Positions 1 through 11,240 of a DNA stretch of 63,623 nucleotides are shown piece after piece. Both the position numbers and the translations under genes were made by a program. The notes under the pieces are model-generated. The model saw only the letters and a program-made list of their open reading frames with translations. It did not search any database and was not told the DNA's origin. Each line of letters opens with the position of its first letter. Position 1 is the stretch's first letter. The DNA comes from Negaprion brevirostris (taxonomy: Eukaryota): contig JARDVH010000124.1 in NCBI GenBank assembly GCA_030324005.1, positions 33,183,836 to 33,247,458 of the forward strand. The letters run 5' to 3'.

Positions 1-910
1 AAGTTTGCAGATGATACAAAGGTATGTAGAGGGACAGGTAGTATTGAGGAAGTGGGGGAGGGGGGAGCTGCAGAAGGATTTGGACAGATTAGAAGAGTGA
101 GCAAAGAAGTGGCAGATGGAATACAATGTGGAAAAGTCTGAGGTTCTTCACTTTTGAAGAAGGAATGGAGGCATAGACTATTTTCTAAATGGGGAAATGT
201 TGGGAAATCAGAAGCACAAAGGGACTTGGGAACCCTTGTTCAAGATTCTCTTAAAGTTAACGAGCAGATTCGGTCGGCAGTTAAGAAGGCAAATGCAATG
301 TTGGCATTCATGTTGAATGGGCTAGAATACAGGAGAAAGATGTACCTCTGAGGCTGTGTAAGGCTCTGGTCAGACCCCATTTGGAGTATTGTGAGCAGTT
401 TTGGGCCCCGTATCTAAGAATGGATGTGCTGGCCGTAGAAAGAGTCCAGAAGAGGTTCACAAGAATGATCCCTGGAATGAAGAGCTTGTCATATGAGGAA
501 CAGTTGAGGACTCTGGGTCTGTACATGTTGGAATTTAGAAGGATGAGGGGGAATTTTATTGAAACTTGCAGGATATTGTGAGGCCTGAATAGAATGGACA
601 TGGAGAGGATGTTTCCACTAGTAGGAAAAACTAGAGCCAGAGGGCACAACCTCAGACTAAAGGGATGATCCTTTAAAACAGGGATGAGGAGGAATTTCTT
701 CAGCCAGAGAGTGGTGAATCTATGGAACCCTTTGCCATAGAAGGCTTTGGAGACCAGTCATTAAGTATCTTTAAGACAGATAGATAGGATTGGGGTTATG
801 GGGAAAAGGCAGGAGAATGGGGATGAGAGAAATATCAGCTATGATTGAATGACGGAGCTGAGTTGATAGGCTGAGTGGCCTAATTCTGCTCCTATGTCTT
901 GTGGTCATGT
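1..910 (+). mobile_element. CR1-type LINE, decayed 3' part of ORF2 (RT) plus 3' UTR
   Basis: Starts at KFADDTK (aagtttgcagatgatacaaag). ORFs 154-351 and 381-581 give CR1 motifs QRDLG, KKANAML and LEYCEQFWAPYLR..ERVQKRFTRMIPG. Ends in the typical CR1 tail (ctgagtggcctaattctgctcctatgtctt). Confidence 0.93.
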
Positions 911-957
911 AGTCTGATTTTTACATTCCTGCCTTCAGTTGATGCCCTTTCACCCCA

Positions 958-1630
958 TTGAAGGTGGCAGGACAGGCAGTGAGGGCAGTTAATAAACCAT
1001 ATAGTATCAGTTTAATTAATGTTTTATTAACAGGGGCATTGAGTACCAGAGAATCGAGATTGTGCTGAACTTATACAAGATACTAATTCCACATCAGCTG
1101 GAGTATTGCATACAGTTTTGGGTGCCATACTATAGGAAGGATGTGAACACATTGGAAAGAGTGCAAAGAGGTTTACAAGAATGGTTCAAGGGATGAAAAA
1201 CTTTAGTTATCAGGATAGATTGGAGAGGTGGACATTGTTCTCCTTGGAGAGAAGAAGGCTAAGAGGAGATTTGACAGAGATATTCAAATTCACGGGGGCA
1301 CTGGATAGAGCAGATATGGAAAAACAGTCTGTGTCACAAAAGGATCAAGAATTAAAGGGCACTGATTTAAAATGATTCACAAAAGAAACAAATGTGATGT
1401 GAGAAAAGAACTTTTCACACAAGTGGTTCAGGTCTGGAATACATTGCCTGGAAGTATGGTGGAGGCAGATTTGAGAGGATATTTGATGATTATTTGATTG
1501 GAAGCAATGTGCATGGGTATGTGGACAAAGCTGCAGAATGGTACTAAAACAAAATGCTCATTTAGAGTGCTGATGCAGATATGATGGATCGAATAGCCTC
1601 CTTCTGCGCCGTAGCAATTCTGTGATTCTG
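958..1630 (+). mobile_element. CR1-type LINE 3' fragment (different subfamily)
   Basis: LEYCIQFW-like and LFSLERRRLRGDLTE motifs (ORF 1181-1375); tail gaatagcctccttctgcgccgtagcaattctgtgattctg. Confidence 0.9.
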
Positions 1631-1639
1631 CTTATTTAG

Positions 1640-2065
1640 CTCTGCCTTAAATGTATTCAACCACTTTTTGGAGAAGAAAATTCCAAAGTCTCTCACTCCT
1701 CTGAGAGAAATATTTATTCCTCATCTCTCCTAAATGGGTGACCCCTTATTTTGAAACAGTGACCCCGAATTCTAGATCCTGCCACAAATGTCCTTCCAAA
1801 ACTCCTCAAGACCTAATATGTTTCAATCAGGTCACCTCTTACTCTTCTAAACTTCAGTAGATACAAGCCTAGCCTGGCCAACCTTTCTTCGTAAGATAAC
1901 ACACCAATTCCAGATATTGTAGTAAATATTTTGTGAACAGCTTCCAATTTATTTATATCATTCTTTAAATAAGGAGACCAATACTGAATGCAGTACTCCA
2001 GATGTGGTCTCACCAGTGCCCCTTGCATTCAATTCCCCTTGCAATAAACAATAACATTCTATTAG
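1640..2065 (-). mobile_element. CR1-type LINE fragment
   Basis: ORF 1813-2028 (-): ALVRPHLEYCIQYWSPYLKND..YEERLARLGLY..RRVRGDLIETY. Confidence 0.9.
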
Positions 2066-2067
2066 TT

Positions 2068-2585
2068 TGAGGCATTGGCATTAGAGGCAGTTCAGAGGAT
2101 GTTCAGCAGATTAATTCCAGAGGTGTGGGGTTTGTCTTATGAAGAGAGATGAAGCAGTTTTGGCCTGTACTCTCTGGAAATTAGCAGAATCAGAGCTAAT
2201 CTAATTGAGGTATATAAGATGATAAATGGTATTGCCAAAGTAAACTTGGAGAGGATGCTTCCTCTTGTGGAGAAATGTAAACATGAGTTTTAGAACAAGA
2301 TGTAGCAGATTCAGAACAGAAATGAGTAGAAACTACTTCTCTCAAAAGGTCATGCACCTGTGGAATTCACTACCCCAGAGTGTGGAGGATGTAGGGGCAT
2401 TGAGTAAATTTAAGGAAGAGATGGATGGATTTTTAATTAGTAAAGGGTCGAAAGATTGTACAGAATGGGCAGGAAAGTGGAGTTGGGGGCCAAGATAAGA
2501 TCAGCCATGATTGTTTTGAATGGCGGAGCAGGCTTGAGGGGCTGAATCATCTACTCTTGCTCCTAGTTCTTATGTTCTATGTTCT
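2068..2585 (+). mobile_element. CR1-type LINE 3' fragment
   Basis: RFRTEMSRNYFSQKVMHLWNSLP motif (ORF 2265-2498); tail ctactcttgctcctagttcttatgttctatgttct. Confidence 0.9.
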
Positions 2586-3206
2586 AAAACATGCTGAGTT
2601 CACCTGAAAAGGCAAAGGCAAAGGCAAACCTCCTGATAGTTGACTGCAGAAGCCATTGCAGCTTCTAAACTAAACCTCAAGTTTTGACCCCTTCACTTGG
2701 GGAAGAAGGCATTCTAGCAATGTGTCAGCAACAGTGCCTCACAGATACTAATTTGAAATCACATTAGTATTTTAAAATCTTTATTTGCTTTTTATTTTTG
2801 TATCTGTATTTTAGTTAATTTTTATCACTTTTACATAAATAACTTTCACCTTTTATCTTGTTTAAGACTAAAGCTTGTCTGCTGGGTTATTTTCAAATTG
2901 GACAACGCAAGCTAAAAGGGGGCTTCATACACAAATTCTTACCTGATGGACAATTATACGTGGTCATGACACAACCTGCAAATGGCAGAAAATAGTCGTT
3001 TTTGTTCTTTTTAATCTTTTCTGTGAAAGTTTAATGTCAGAATTAAAATATTTACTCATAATTTTTAGATTATAATTTTTCTTATTTTTAAAACTTTTTT
3101 GGTCAACCGTTTATCTTCAGTTTTTAAATTTTGAAACGTTCTGTTCGATCATCTATAAGTCATGCTTCTAGTCAAGCCCAGCGTTTCCCTATTTACATAA
3201 AATTTG

Positions 3207-3304
3207 AAGTTAAAGTTTATTTATTCGTGTCACAAGTAAGCTTACGTTAACACTACAATGAAGTTACTGTAAAAATCTCCTAGTCGCCACACTCCGGCGC
3301 CTGT
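3207..3304 (-). mobile_element. 3' tail fragment of HE1-like SINE (tail type B)
   Basis: aaagtttatttattcgtgtcacaagtaagcttacg..aatgaagttactgt..ctagtcgccacactccggcgcctgt matches the tail of the fuller copy at 58818-59070. Confidence 0.75.
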
Positions 3305-3309
3305 AAACA

Positions 3310-5019
3310 ATTAGAAGCAGAAGTAGGCCATTTGGCCCTTTGAGCCTGCTCCGCCATTCGTAATGATCATTGCTGATCATTAAATTCAAAATCCTGATCT
3401 GCCCCACTCCCCCGAACATCCCTTGATCCTTTTAGCCCCAAGAGCTATATCTGATTTCTTCTTGAAATCGTACAATGTTTCAGCCTCACCTATTTTTTGT
3501 GGTAGTGAATTCCACACATTCACCACCTTCTGAGTGAAGAAATTTCTCCTCACCTCAGTTCTAAAAGGTTTACCCCTTATCCCCAACCATAACCCCTAGT
3601 TCTGGACTTCCCCACCAAAGTGAACATTCTTTCTGAATCTAACCTGTACTCCACAAACAACCCCACGTGTCCACAACTCTGCACAAGAAAAGACTAACAT
3701 GAATGAAAATGGAAGAACTCAGGACAACAAACCACAATATAAGGACAAGGCATTACAAAGAACAACAAGGGTTGGATGTTTGCTAGGCGAAAAGAGGCAG
3801 AGCAAGAAGAAAAGGAGACCTGTCCTCTGTCCAATCCCAAAAATCTGTTAGAATTTTTTAAGTTTCTGTGAGATTTTCTCTCTCCTAAACTCTAGGGAAT
3901 ATAATCCTAACTGACTTAGTTTTTCTTCATACGACAGACCTGTCAATCCAGAGATCAGCCCGGTAAACCTTTTAGTGTACTCCCTATTTAGCAAGGACAC
4001 CCTTCCTCAGATAAGAACACCAAAACTGCACACAATACTCCAGGTGTGGCCTCACCAATGGCAGCAAAACATCCCTATCCCTATACTCTCATCCTTTCCC
4101 TTGGAAGACCAACATACTGTTTACTTTCTTTGCAATTTGCTGTTCCTGTGCGCTTTCTTTCAGCGACTGATGCACGAGGGCACCAAGGTCTCGCTGAGTA
4201 TCCATCTCTCTCAATTTACACCAATTCAGGTAATAATCTGTCTTCCTATTATTGCTACCAAAATAGATAACCTCACATTCATCTTCATTTATACTGCATC
4301 TGCCACGCATATGCCCACACACTCAGTCTACCAAAATCATATTCTTCTTACAGCTTACCCTTGCACCCAACTTTGTATCATCTGCAAATTTGGAGATAAT
4401 ACATTCAGTTCCTGCTTCCAAATCATTAATATTTAAGATGAACAGATGGGGACCTAGCACAGATTCCTACAGAACCCCATTAGTCACTGACTGCCAATCA
4501 GAAAGAGACCCATTTATGTCAAATCTTTGTTTCCTATTTGTTAACCATCTTTCTCTCCATCTCAAGACATTATCCGCAATCCCATGTGCTTTAACTTTAC
4601 ATAGTAGTCTGTTATGTGACATTTGTCAAAAGTCTTCTGAAAGTCTGAATAAACCACATCCACTGGTTTTCCTCGGTCAACTTTACTAGTTACATCCTCA
4701 AAGAATTCCAATAGATTTGTCAAGCATGATTTCCCCTTTGTAAATCCGTCCTGACTGTGTCTGATTATCCCACTGCCTTCCAAATACTGACTTATGAAAT
4801 CCTTGATAATGGATTCTAGCAACTTCCCCAGTGCTGACGTTAAACTCACTGGTCTATAGTTCCCTGTTTTCTCTTGTGGGTTACATTAGCTGCCCTCCAA
4901 TCTGCAGGGACTATTCCAGAGTCCAAAGAATTTTGGAAAATACTATTTCCAGGGCCAATCCTTAAGCACTCTGGGATGAATATTTTCAGGACTTGGGGAT
5001 TTATCCACCTTCAATTCCA
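3310..5019 (-). mobile_element. CR1-type LINE (3' UTR plus RT), interrupted by a ~170-bp insert at 3648-3817, running into an N gap
   Basis: - strand motifs FRTEVRRNFFTQKVVNVWNSLP, QRDLGALVHQSLK and SLTSALGKLLESIIKD..GFTKGKSCLTNLLEFFEDVT..VDVVYSDFQKTFD. Confidence 0.93.
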
Positions 5020-5119
5020 NNNNNNNNNNNNNNNNNNNNNNNNNNNNNNNNNNNNNNNNNNNNNNNNNNNNNNNNNNNNNNNNNNNNNNNNNNNNNNNNN
5101 NNNNNNNNNNNNNNNNNNN

Positions 5120-5245
5120 TGGAGATAATACATTCAGTTCCTGCTTCCAAATTATTAATATATCAATGTGAACAATTGGAGTCCTAGCACAGATCCCTGC
5201 GGTACCCGACTAGTACTGCCTGTTAATCAGAAAAAGACCCATTTT
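5120..5245 (-). mobile_element. CR1 RT fragment resembling 4390-4515, adjacent to gap
   Basis: tggagataatacattcagttcctgcttccaaa occurs at both 4390 and 5120. Confidence 0.75.
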
Positions 5246-5357
5246 ATGACAATATTTCAGCTTCTTATTATAGATTTTAGCTAGATAAGTGTATTTTTTA
5301 ACTTTTAACACTCGGATGTGTGAACCCTTTATTGTTTCTTGTATTAATTTGTTTATG

Positions 5358-5527
5358 TTGTTTAAGGCAAATCTTTAACAGGCATCTGGACAAGTACATG
5401 TATAGGATGGGAACAGAGGAATATTGTCCCTGAAATGGTAGGGGTTTTAGTTCAGATGGGCAGCATGATCGGAACAAGCTTGGAGGGTCCAAGGGCCTGT
5501 CCCTTTGCTGTAATTTTCTTTGCTCTT
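5358..5527 (+). mobile_element. CR1-type LINE 3' end
   Basis: ggcatctggacaagtacatg..ggtccaagggcctgtccctttgctgtaattttctttgctctt, a typical CR1 terminus. Confidence 0.75.
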
Positions 5528-5539
5528 AGCTAATTGAGG

Positions 5540-5935
5540 TGTCAGCATGATTCAATTCATACTTCCATGTCAGATGGTTGCGAGTTTGAGTCCTGCCAAA
5601 GGGATTGAGGGGATAACTTACGCTGACGTTTCTGGCATTGTTGAATGCACTGTCTTTAACGAAACATTAACTTGAACCCCCAACTGACTATTCAAATGGT
5701 TCCGGTAGAAGTTGAAGATCCCATGACACAGTTGAGAGAACAGGGAGATCTGTGTCCTGACCAACTTTCCCTCTCAAGTAATAATGCTTGCAAAAAGATT
5801 GAACAACAATTCATTTCATGGCGTGTGGTGGAAGGATGAGTGATGGAGAATGATTACTATTTTTGCCTTCTTAACAGTCACTGCCCTTTGAGCAATATTT
5901 CACAATACAAGATGCTTGAGATGTGAAAGGTGTTA
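5540..5935 (+). mobile_element. Old DeuSINE/SacSINE1-like SINE
   Basis: tRNA-like head (tcagatggttgcgagtttgagtcc) and Deu-domain-like core (gaagatcccatgacacagttgagagaacaggg..gtcctgaccaac..ccctc), resembling 22040-23080. Confidence 0.55.
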
Positions 5936-6099
5936 TTGGGTGGAGCTTAGCTGGAGTGTGAGGTGATCACTGAGATGAAGGAAGTATTTTAAATCTTATT
6001 GTAGTTTATTGTTTGTTGTGAATGAGAACTGGGCATCTGTGCTGTCAGAAATTTATTGCTACTCAAAAGTANNNNAACTCATGATTGTGTTCATGAACT

Positions 6100-7040
6100 T
6101 TTGTACATAAGGGAGATAAAAACAATTGGATTATGTTGCAGAATTCAACATAACTCCCATACAATATCCATGTTGTTCAACTGTGTAGCGATGGCAGATA
6201 AATCACTTTTCTAACATTCAACAGTGATCAGTATGATGGCTTGTGATTCCATTATGTTCTCGGATTCAAACAACTTTGTGATTCTTTGGATTTATTTTTA
6301 TGCCTGATATGAATTAATACATAATTGAACAGTTCTTCCTTCGAACTTGGTGCTTGTATGCCATCAAGAAATTACCTAGTTATGTCATCACTACAGGGAC
6401 TGAATGTTTCACCGTCTGCTTTGTGCTTTCAAATTCAGTTGATCAGACCTCCTTTTAGTCATAAACATGTGAATTTCACAGCACAGCAGAAATCGCTGCA
6501 GCAATATTGAAGTGGAATACTCACAATATGCTTGGCCATTTATATTAGCATAAAAATGTGACATTTGTTGTAAAAGAAATTGCTGAGCCATCTGCATATA
6601 AAAGGTTTGAAGTTTAAAAATATAAAAGGCCTGTAGTGTGAGGAAAAATGCCACAGATGCATATGCTTTTTCAAAGTCATGTAACAGGCAGATACCTGGT
6701 AAGTTGTGCGCTTCTGTACAAAACATCAAGTCATAAATCATAATATTCTCACCAATAAATCTTGTACAACCTTTTTTATCCTCATTTATTATTAATGACA
6801 AGTAGGACTTAATATTTTATTTTTTGCTAACCATGGATATTCCATTTTTATGCATAGAATTTAATGATATAATCATATATCTGTATTTTTTTCTCCGGGT
6901 TCAGACATTACTCATTTTGTATAAAAGTGTTGATGGCACTTAGTTTGTAATCTTTTCTGTGTATCAGCTAAAACCTGATATATTCTGTGAAAAAGAGTTT
7001 ATAAATGCATTTTTGGAACTATTAGGTAGTTTCAGATGTT
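6100..7040 (-). mobile_element. Highly decayed L1/Tx1-clade LINE RT fragment
   Basis: ORF 6409-6801 (-): IINEDKKG..RFIGENI.IYDLM..LPGICLLHDFEKAYASV, matching L1/Tx1 RT motifs (IHEDQ.GF..GR.I..NI; LDFEKAFDSV). Confidence 0.75.
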
Positions 7041-8867
7041 TTAACATAAGGTTCCTCGACTCGAGTGTAAGTTTATAGGTGCTCCACCTTGAACACTTCT
7101 TATTTGAATGCTTTGGTGCATGATAATTAACTGAAAGTCAGTGCTGTCTGTAATCTGGAGTTTATAATGGAATTCAGCTGTTGCATGTGCCTTTGTGGTT
7201 TGCTTGATGCATTGGGAAAACAGAAAAAGATGCAACGGGAAGTGCAGAAATATAATCAAGGCAAGTAGGAGACAAATAGACGAGACAGATGAAGGAACTA
7301 GAAAGAAAAGCAAAAGGTTAAGTTATGAATTACAAATTAAGAAATGCACAACAAAGTAGCAGTCAAAAGAAAGGATGAGCAAGAAAAAATGAGAAGGAGG
7401 GCAAAGGGGAAAAATGCAGAGCTGAGTGAAAAATATTGGGGCAGAAGCTTTAGCCAGAATGAAAATACAGGAAAAAGTTAAATTGTTTTGTTTTATTTTC
7501 TTCCCAGGTATCATTGTCTTGCAGAATTTAAATTAATTGTTTCTGATCAATGAGTGGCTTCAGGTCTTTATGATATCAGCTTTGTGGTTATTGTTACCAA
7601 AACTTGGATCCTCGCTGGCTGTTTTGTGATCACAGCATGGATGCCCTGTTCATGTCACACACTCAGCAAGTCTACTCAAAGTAGCTTGTGGTGAAAACCC
7701 ACATCACTGTGGTTGCAAAATATAAATATTGTTCAAAATTGCTTTTCTAGTGTCAGCTTTGCTTGTAACTGTTACTCTACACAACTGTTTGTAATAGTTT
7801 GTAAGTATTTTCATGGAAAGTGTGTGCCTCTAGAATATTCTGAGTTTTGATGGTGGGGGTGGCGGTGGTGGAGGATCAATGTTTTGTTCCATCAAAGGTT
7901 TTCTCCTTGAATGAGTTCTAAAAGATGACAAACAGAACAAATCTCAGCAGATATTGTGGGGGTGGGATGGGAGGGTGGAATTAGAACAAGACGTGATGGA
8001 AACCGACTGATCATACTGGCAGTAATGCTAGGAAGCAGATGTGTTCTAATAGGATCCCCATAGTTTACATCACAAAAGTGTGCCTACCTCACTGCTTGAC
8101 TGATAGAATGGAGGATATGCAAAATCCATTGGAGTGAAATATTTTGAAAAAGCGCTATCCACTTAGTCCACAGCTCCGGATGCTTACTTTATATTTGCAG
8201 TCCCTGTCCTGTTTTTTCCTCCCCCTTTAAAATGTTTTTTCTTCTTGATAGTCTTGCCATGCTCTAGCAGAGGGGAAACAGTGGTCACGGTTGCAGTCTT
8301 CTCCATTGTGTATTTGTCAATACTTTCTCTTGATAAACCAGCAGGAGGTGTAATTCAAGCATTGCAAGCTGGTACACATCAGTTTTTCCTCACCAGGATG
8401 GAACAGCTCCCTCCACTTGGTACTGCAACCTGCAGCCTGGCCAAGACCTGACAAAACTCACCCAACCAAGGCAAGGAAATTGGACAGACAGGCAGTTGTG
8501 TAATTTAGGATTTCAAACCTCTTGCTGGGAGTTAAGCGCTCAACCACTTGAACCTCAACCCTGTGTAATTTAAGAAATTCTCTAGATGTATGGTAGGTAA
8601 TTCAATCATGCACAATTTGCAGTAAATTTCACAGTATAGTGCGAAAGTGAAAATAATTTTAACAGTAACCCTTTAAGGACTGCAACAGCTTCCATTCTAA
8701 AAAGAAGACACTGAGTTCCGGGAAGAGTTACTACTGCACAAGTCAAATCCCAGGGTAAGATACGTGGACAAATAGTCACAGGACAACTGATGAACTTTCA
8801 ATAAAAGAGTAAAACATTTACTAGATGAAAAATGATTGACCAAAATACACCAACTACTGTGTCACTG

Positions 8868-9155
8868 TGGGCGGCACAGTTGTTAGCACTCCTGCCTCTC
8901 TGCACCAGGGACCCGGTTTCGATTCCCGGCTTGGGTCACTGTCTGTGTGGACTTTGTACATNNNNNNNNNNTTCCTCCCACATTCCAAAGATGTGCAGGT
9001 TAGGTTGATTGGCCATGATAAACTGTCCCTAGTTTCAGGAGGATTAGCAGGGTAAATATGTGGTGTGATGGGAATAGGGCCTGGGTAGGATTGTGGTCGG
9101 TGCAGACTCGATGGGCCAAATGGTCTCTTTCTGCACTGTAGGGATTCTTTGATTC
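8868..9155 (+). mobile_element. HE1-like tRNA-derived SINE with CR1-type tail (type A)
   Basis: Head gggcggcacagttgttagcact with B-box-like ggtttcgattcccgg; central ttcctcccacattccaaagatgtgcaggttaggttgattggcc; tail gatgggccaaatggtctctttctgcactgtagggattctttgattc. Confidence 0.88.
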
Positions 9156-9789
9156 AATGAACTCTTTCATTCCAGATGTGCAGTTAGTTTCTGTTCTTTA
9201 GATTCTGGAATTTACTTTCTATCCCTCTATGTTGTAATGTCTGTTCTAACAGTTTCTGTGGAATGCTTCTTGCTCTGGGTTGCCTGGTTCCAGACTGAAA
9301 GTAAAGCTTTTTGATTTTCAGTGTGGGTCTCTGGCTACTAAGCAACAACTTAGTTTTTTTTAAAAAAACTCTAATTACATTTACGTTGTAAAACCTTCGT
9401 CGTCACAATGCCTGCAAAATTTAAAGTGAACCTAAATCTACAGACTTGTAGGCACCTTTGCTTGACATGAAGTTAAACGGAAGTTTTAACCCTTTCTTGG
9501 CACACGAATACAAAAACAAATTGAGCTTAAAATTCAACTTAAATTTCAATGTGTGGCATTATTCCTAAGGCATAATGTGAATATCAATTACTTCGACATC
9601 TTTATTTCCTAACACACAATATGGCATAGAAAGAGGCAATTTAGTCCATTGAATCGGAACCAGCTTATTCAAAGATTTAATTAATTATTTCAAAAGCCGC
9701 CTTTATCTCCCTATGCATATCACTATCTATCTTCCTAATTCAAATATTTATCCACTTCCTTTTTTAAAGTTAGTATTGAATCTAGCCCT

Positions 9790-11240
9790 GACAGTTTTCA
9801 GCCAATTCGATTCACTCCACATGTTATCAAGAAATGGCTGAAAGCACTGGATATTATGGGCCCTGACGATATTCCAAAAATAGTACAAAGGATGTGCTTC
9901 AGAAATTGCTGCATTCTCAGCCAAGCTGTTTCAGTACTACTGGAACACTGAGATCTAACCAGCAATGTAGAAAACTGCCCAGATTTGGCCTGCCCACAAA
10001 ATGAGGGATGAATCCAAACTGGCCAATTATTACTCCATCAGTCTACGCTTGATCATCAGGAAAATGATGGAGGGGATCATCAGTGATGCTATCAAGCAGC
10101 ACTTCCTCAGCAAAAACCTGCTCACTGATGATTAGTTTGGGTTCCACCAGGGCCCTCAGTTCCTGGCCTTATTACAGCCTTGGTTTAAACGTTGGCAAAA
10201 GAGCTGAACTCCAGAGATGAGAGTAAGATGCCCTGCCATCAAGGTAGCATTTGACCAAATCTGGTAAAAAGGAGCCCTAACAAAACAGGAGTTAATGGGA
10301 ATTGGGTAAAACTCTTCGCTGATTAGAGTCATACCTGGCACAAAAGAAGACAGTTGTAGTTATTGTAGGTCAATCATTGCAGGTCCAGGACATCACTATG
10401 AGAATACCTTAGAGTAGTGTCCTAAGCCCAATAATTTTCAGCTGCTTCATCAATGACCTTCCTACCATAGCAACATCAGAAGTGAGGATGTCCGTTGATG
10501 ACTGAACAAAGTTCAACACCATTCATGAGTTCTCACACTGAAGTAATCTATGTCCAAATGCAACAAGGCCTGGACAATATTTAGGCGTGGGCTGACAAGT
10601 GACAAGTAATAATTGCCTGGCACTTGTGTTGCACAATCTCCAACAAGAGAGAACCTAACTTTTGACCCTTAACGTTCAATGTTATTCCCATCACTGAAAA
10701 TCCCACTATCAATATCCTGGGGGTTGCCATTGACCAGGAACTGAACTGGACTAGTCATGTAAATCCTGTGGCTACAAGAACAGGTCAGAAGCTAGGAATC
10801 CTGTGGTGAGTAACTCACCTCCTGATTCCCCAAAGCCTGTCCACACTCTACAAGGCACAAATCAGGATTGTGATGGAATGCTCTCCACTTGCTTGAATAA
10901 GTACAGTTCGAAAAACACTCAAGAAGCTGAACACCATCTGGACCACTTCCTTGGCAACTTCTCCTCAAAACATCACTCTCTCCACCACCGAAGTGCAACA
11001 GCAGCAATGTGTAGCCTCTACAAATGCACGGCATGAACTCAACTAGGCTCCTTAAACAGCACCTTCGAAATCCACAACCATTACAAATCTAGACGAACAA
11101 GGATAGCAGACATGGGAGAACCACCCCCAGGAAGCTCCTCTCCAAGGCATTCACCAACTTCACTTGGAAATACATCACTGTAGCTTCACTGTTGTTGGGT
11201 CAAAATCCTGGAGCTCCCTGCCTAACAGCACTGCTGTTGT
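9790..11240 (+). mobile_element. Decayed LINE (CR1/L2/Jockey superfamily) RT and 3' region
   Basis: Recognisable GPD.IP, ANYYSISL, AFDQIW, SVLSP..FSCFINDL and later LSTLYKAQIR..MECSPLA motifs, broken by stops and frameshifts. Confidence 0.85.

Noticed and set aside
7200-7480. Purine-rich coiled-coil-like or membrane-protein-like ORFs
   Set aside because: Compositional bias with stops on +; the F/L/S-rich - strand ORFs reflect CT richness; no family recognised.
8252-8592. Upstream MGMT exon ending in ATG|gtaggt
   Set aside because: Plausible acceptor and donor, but it contains upstream ATGs and similar motifs occur elsewhere; not supportable without transcripts.
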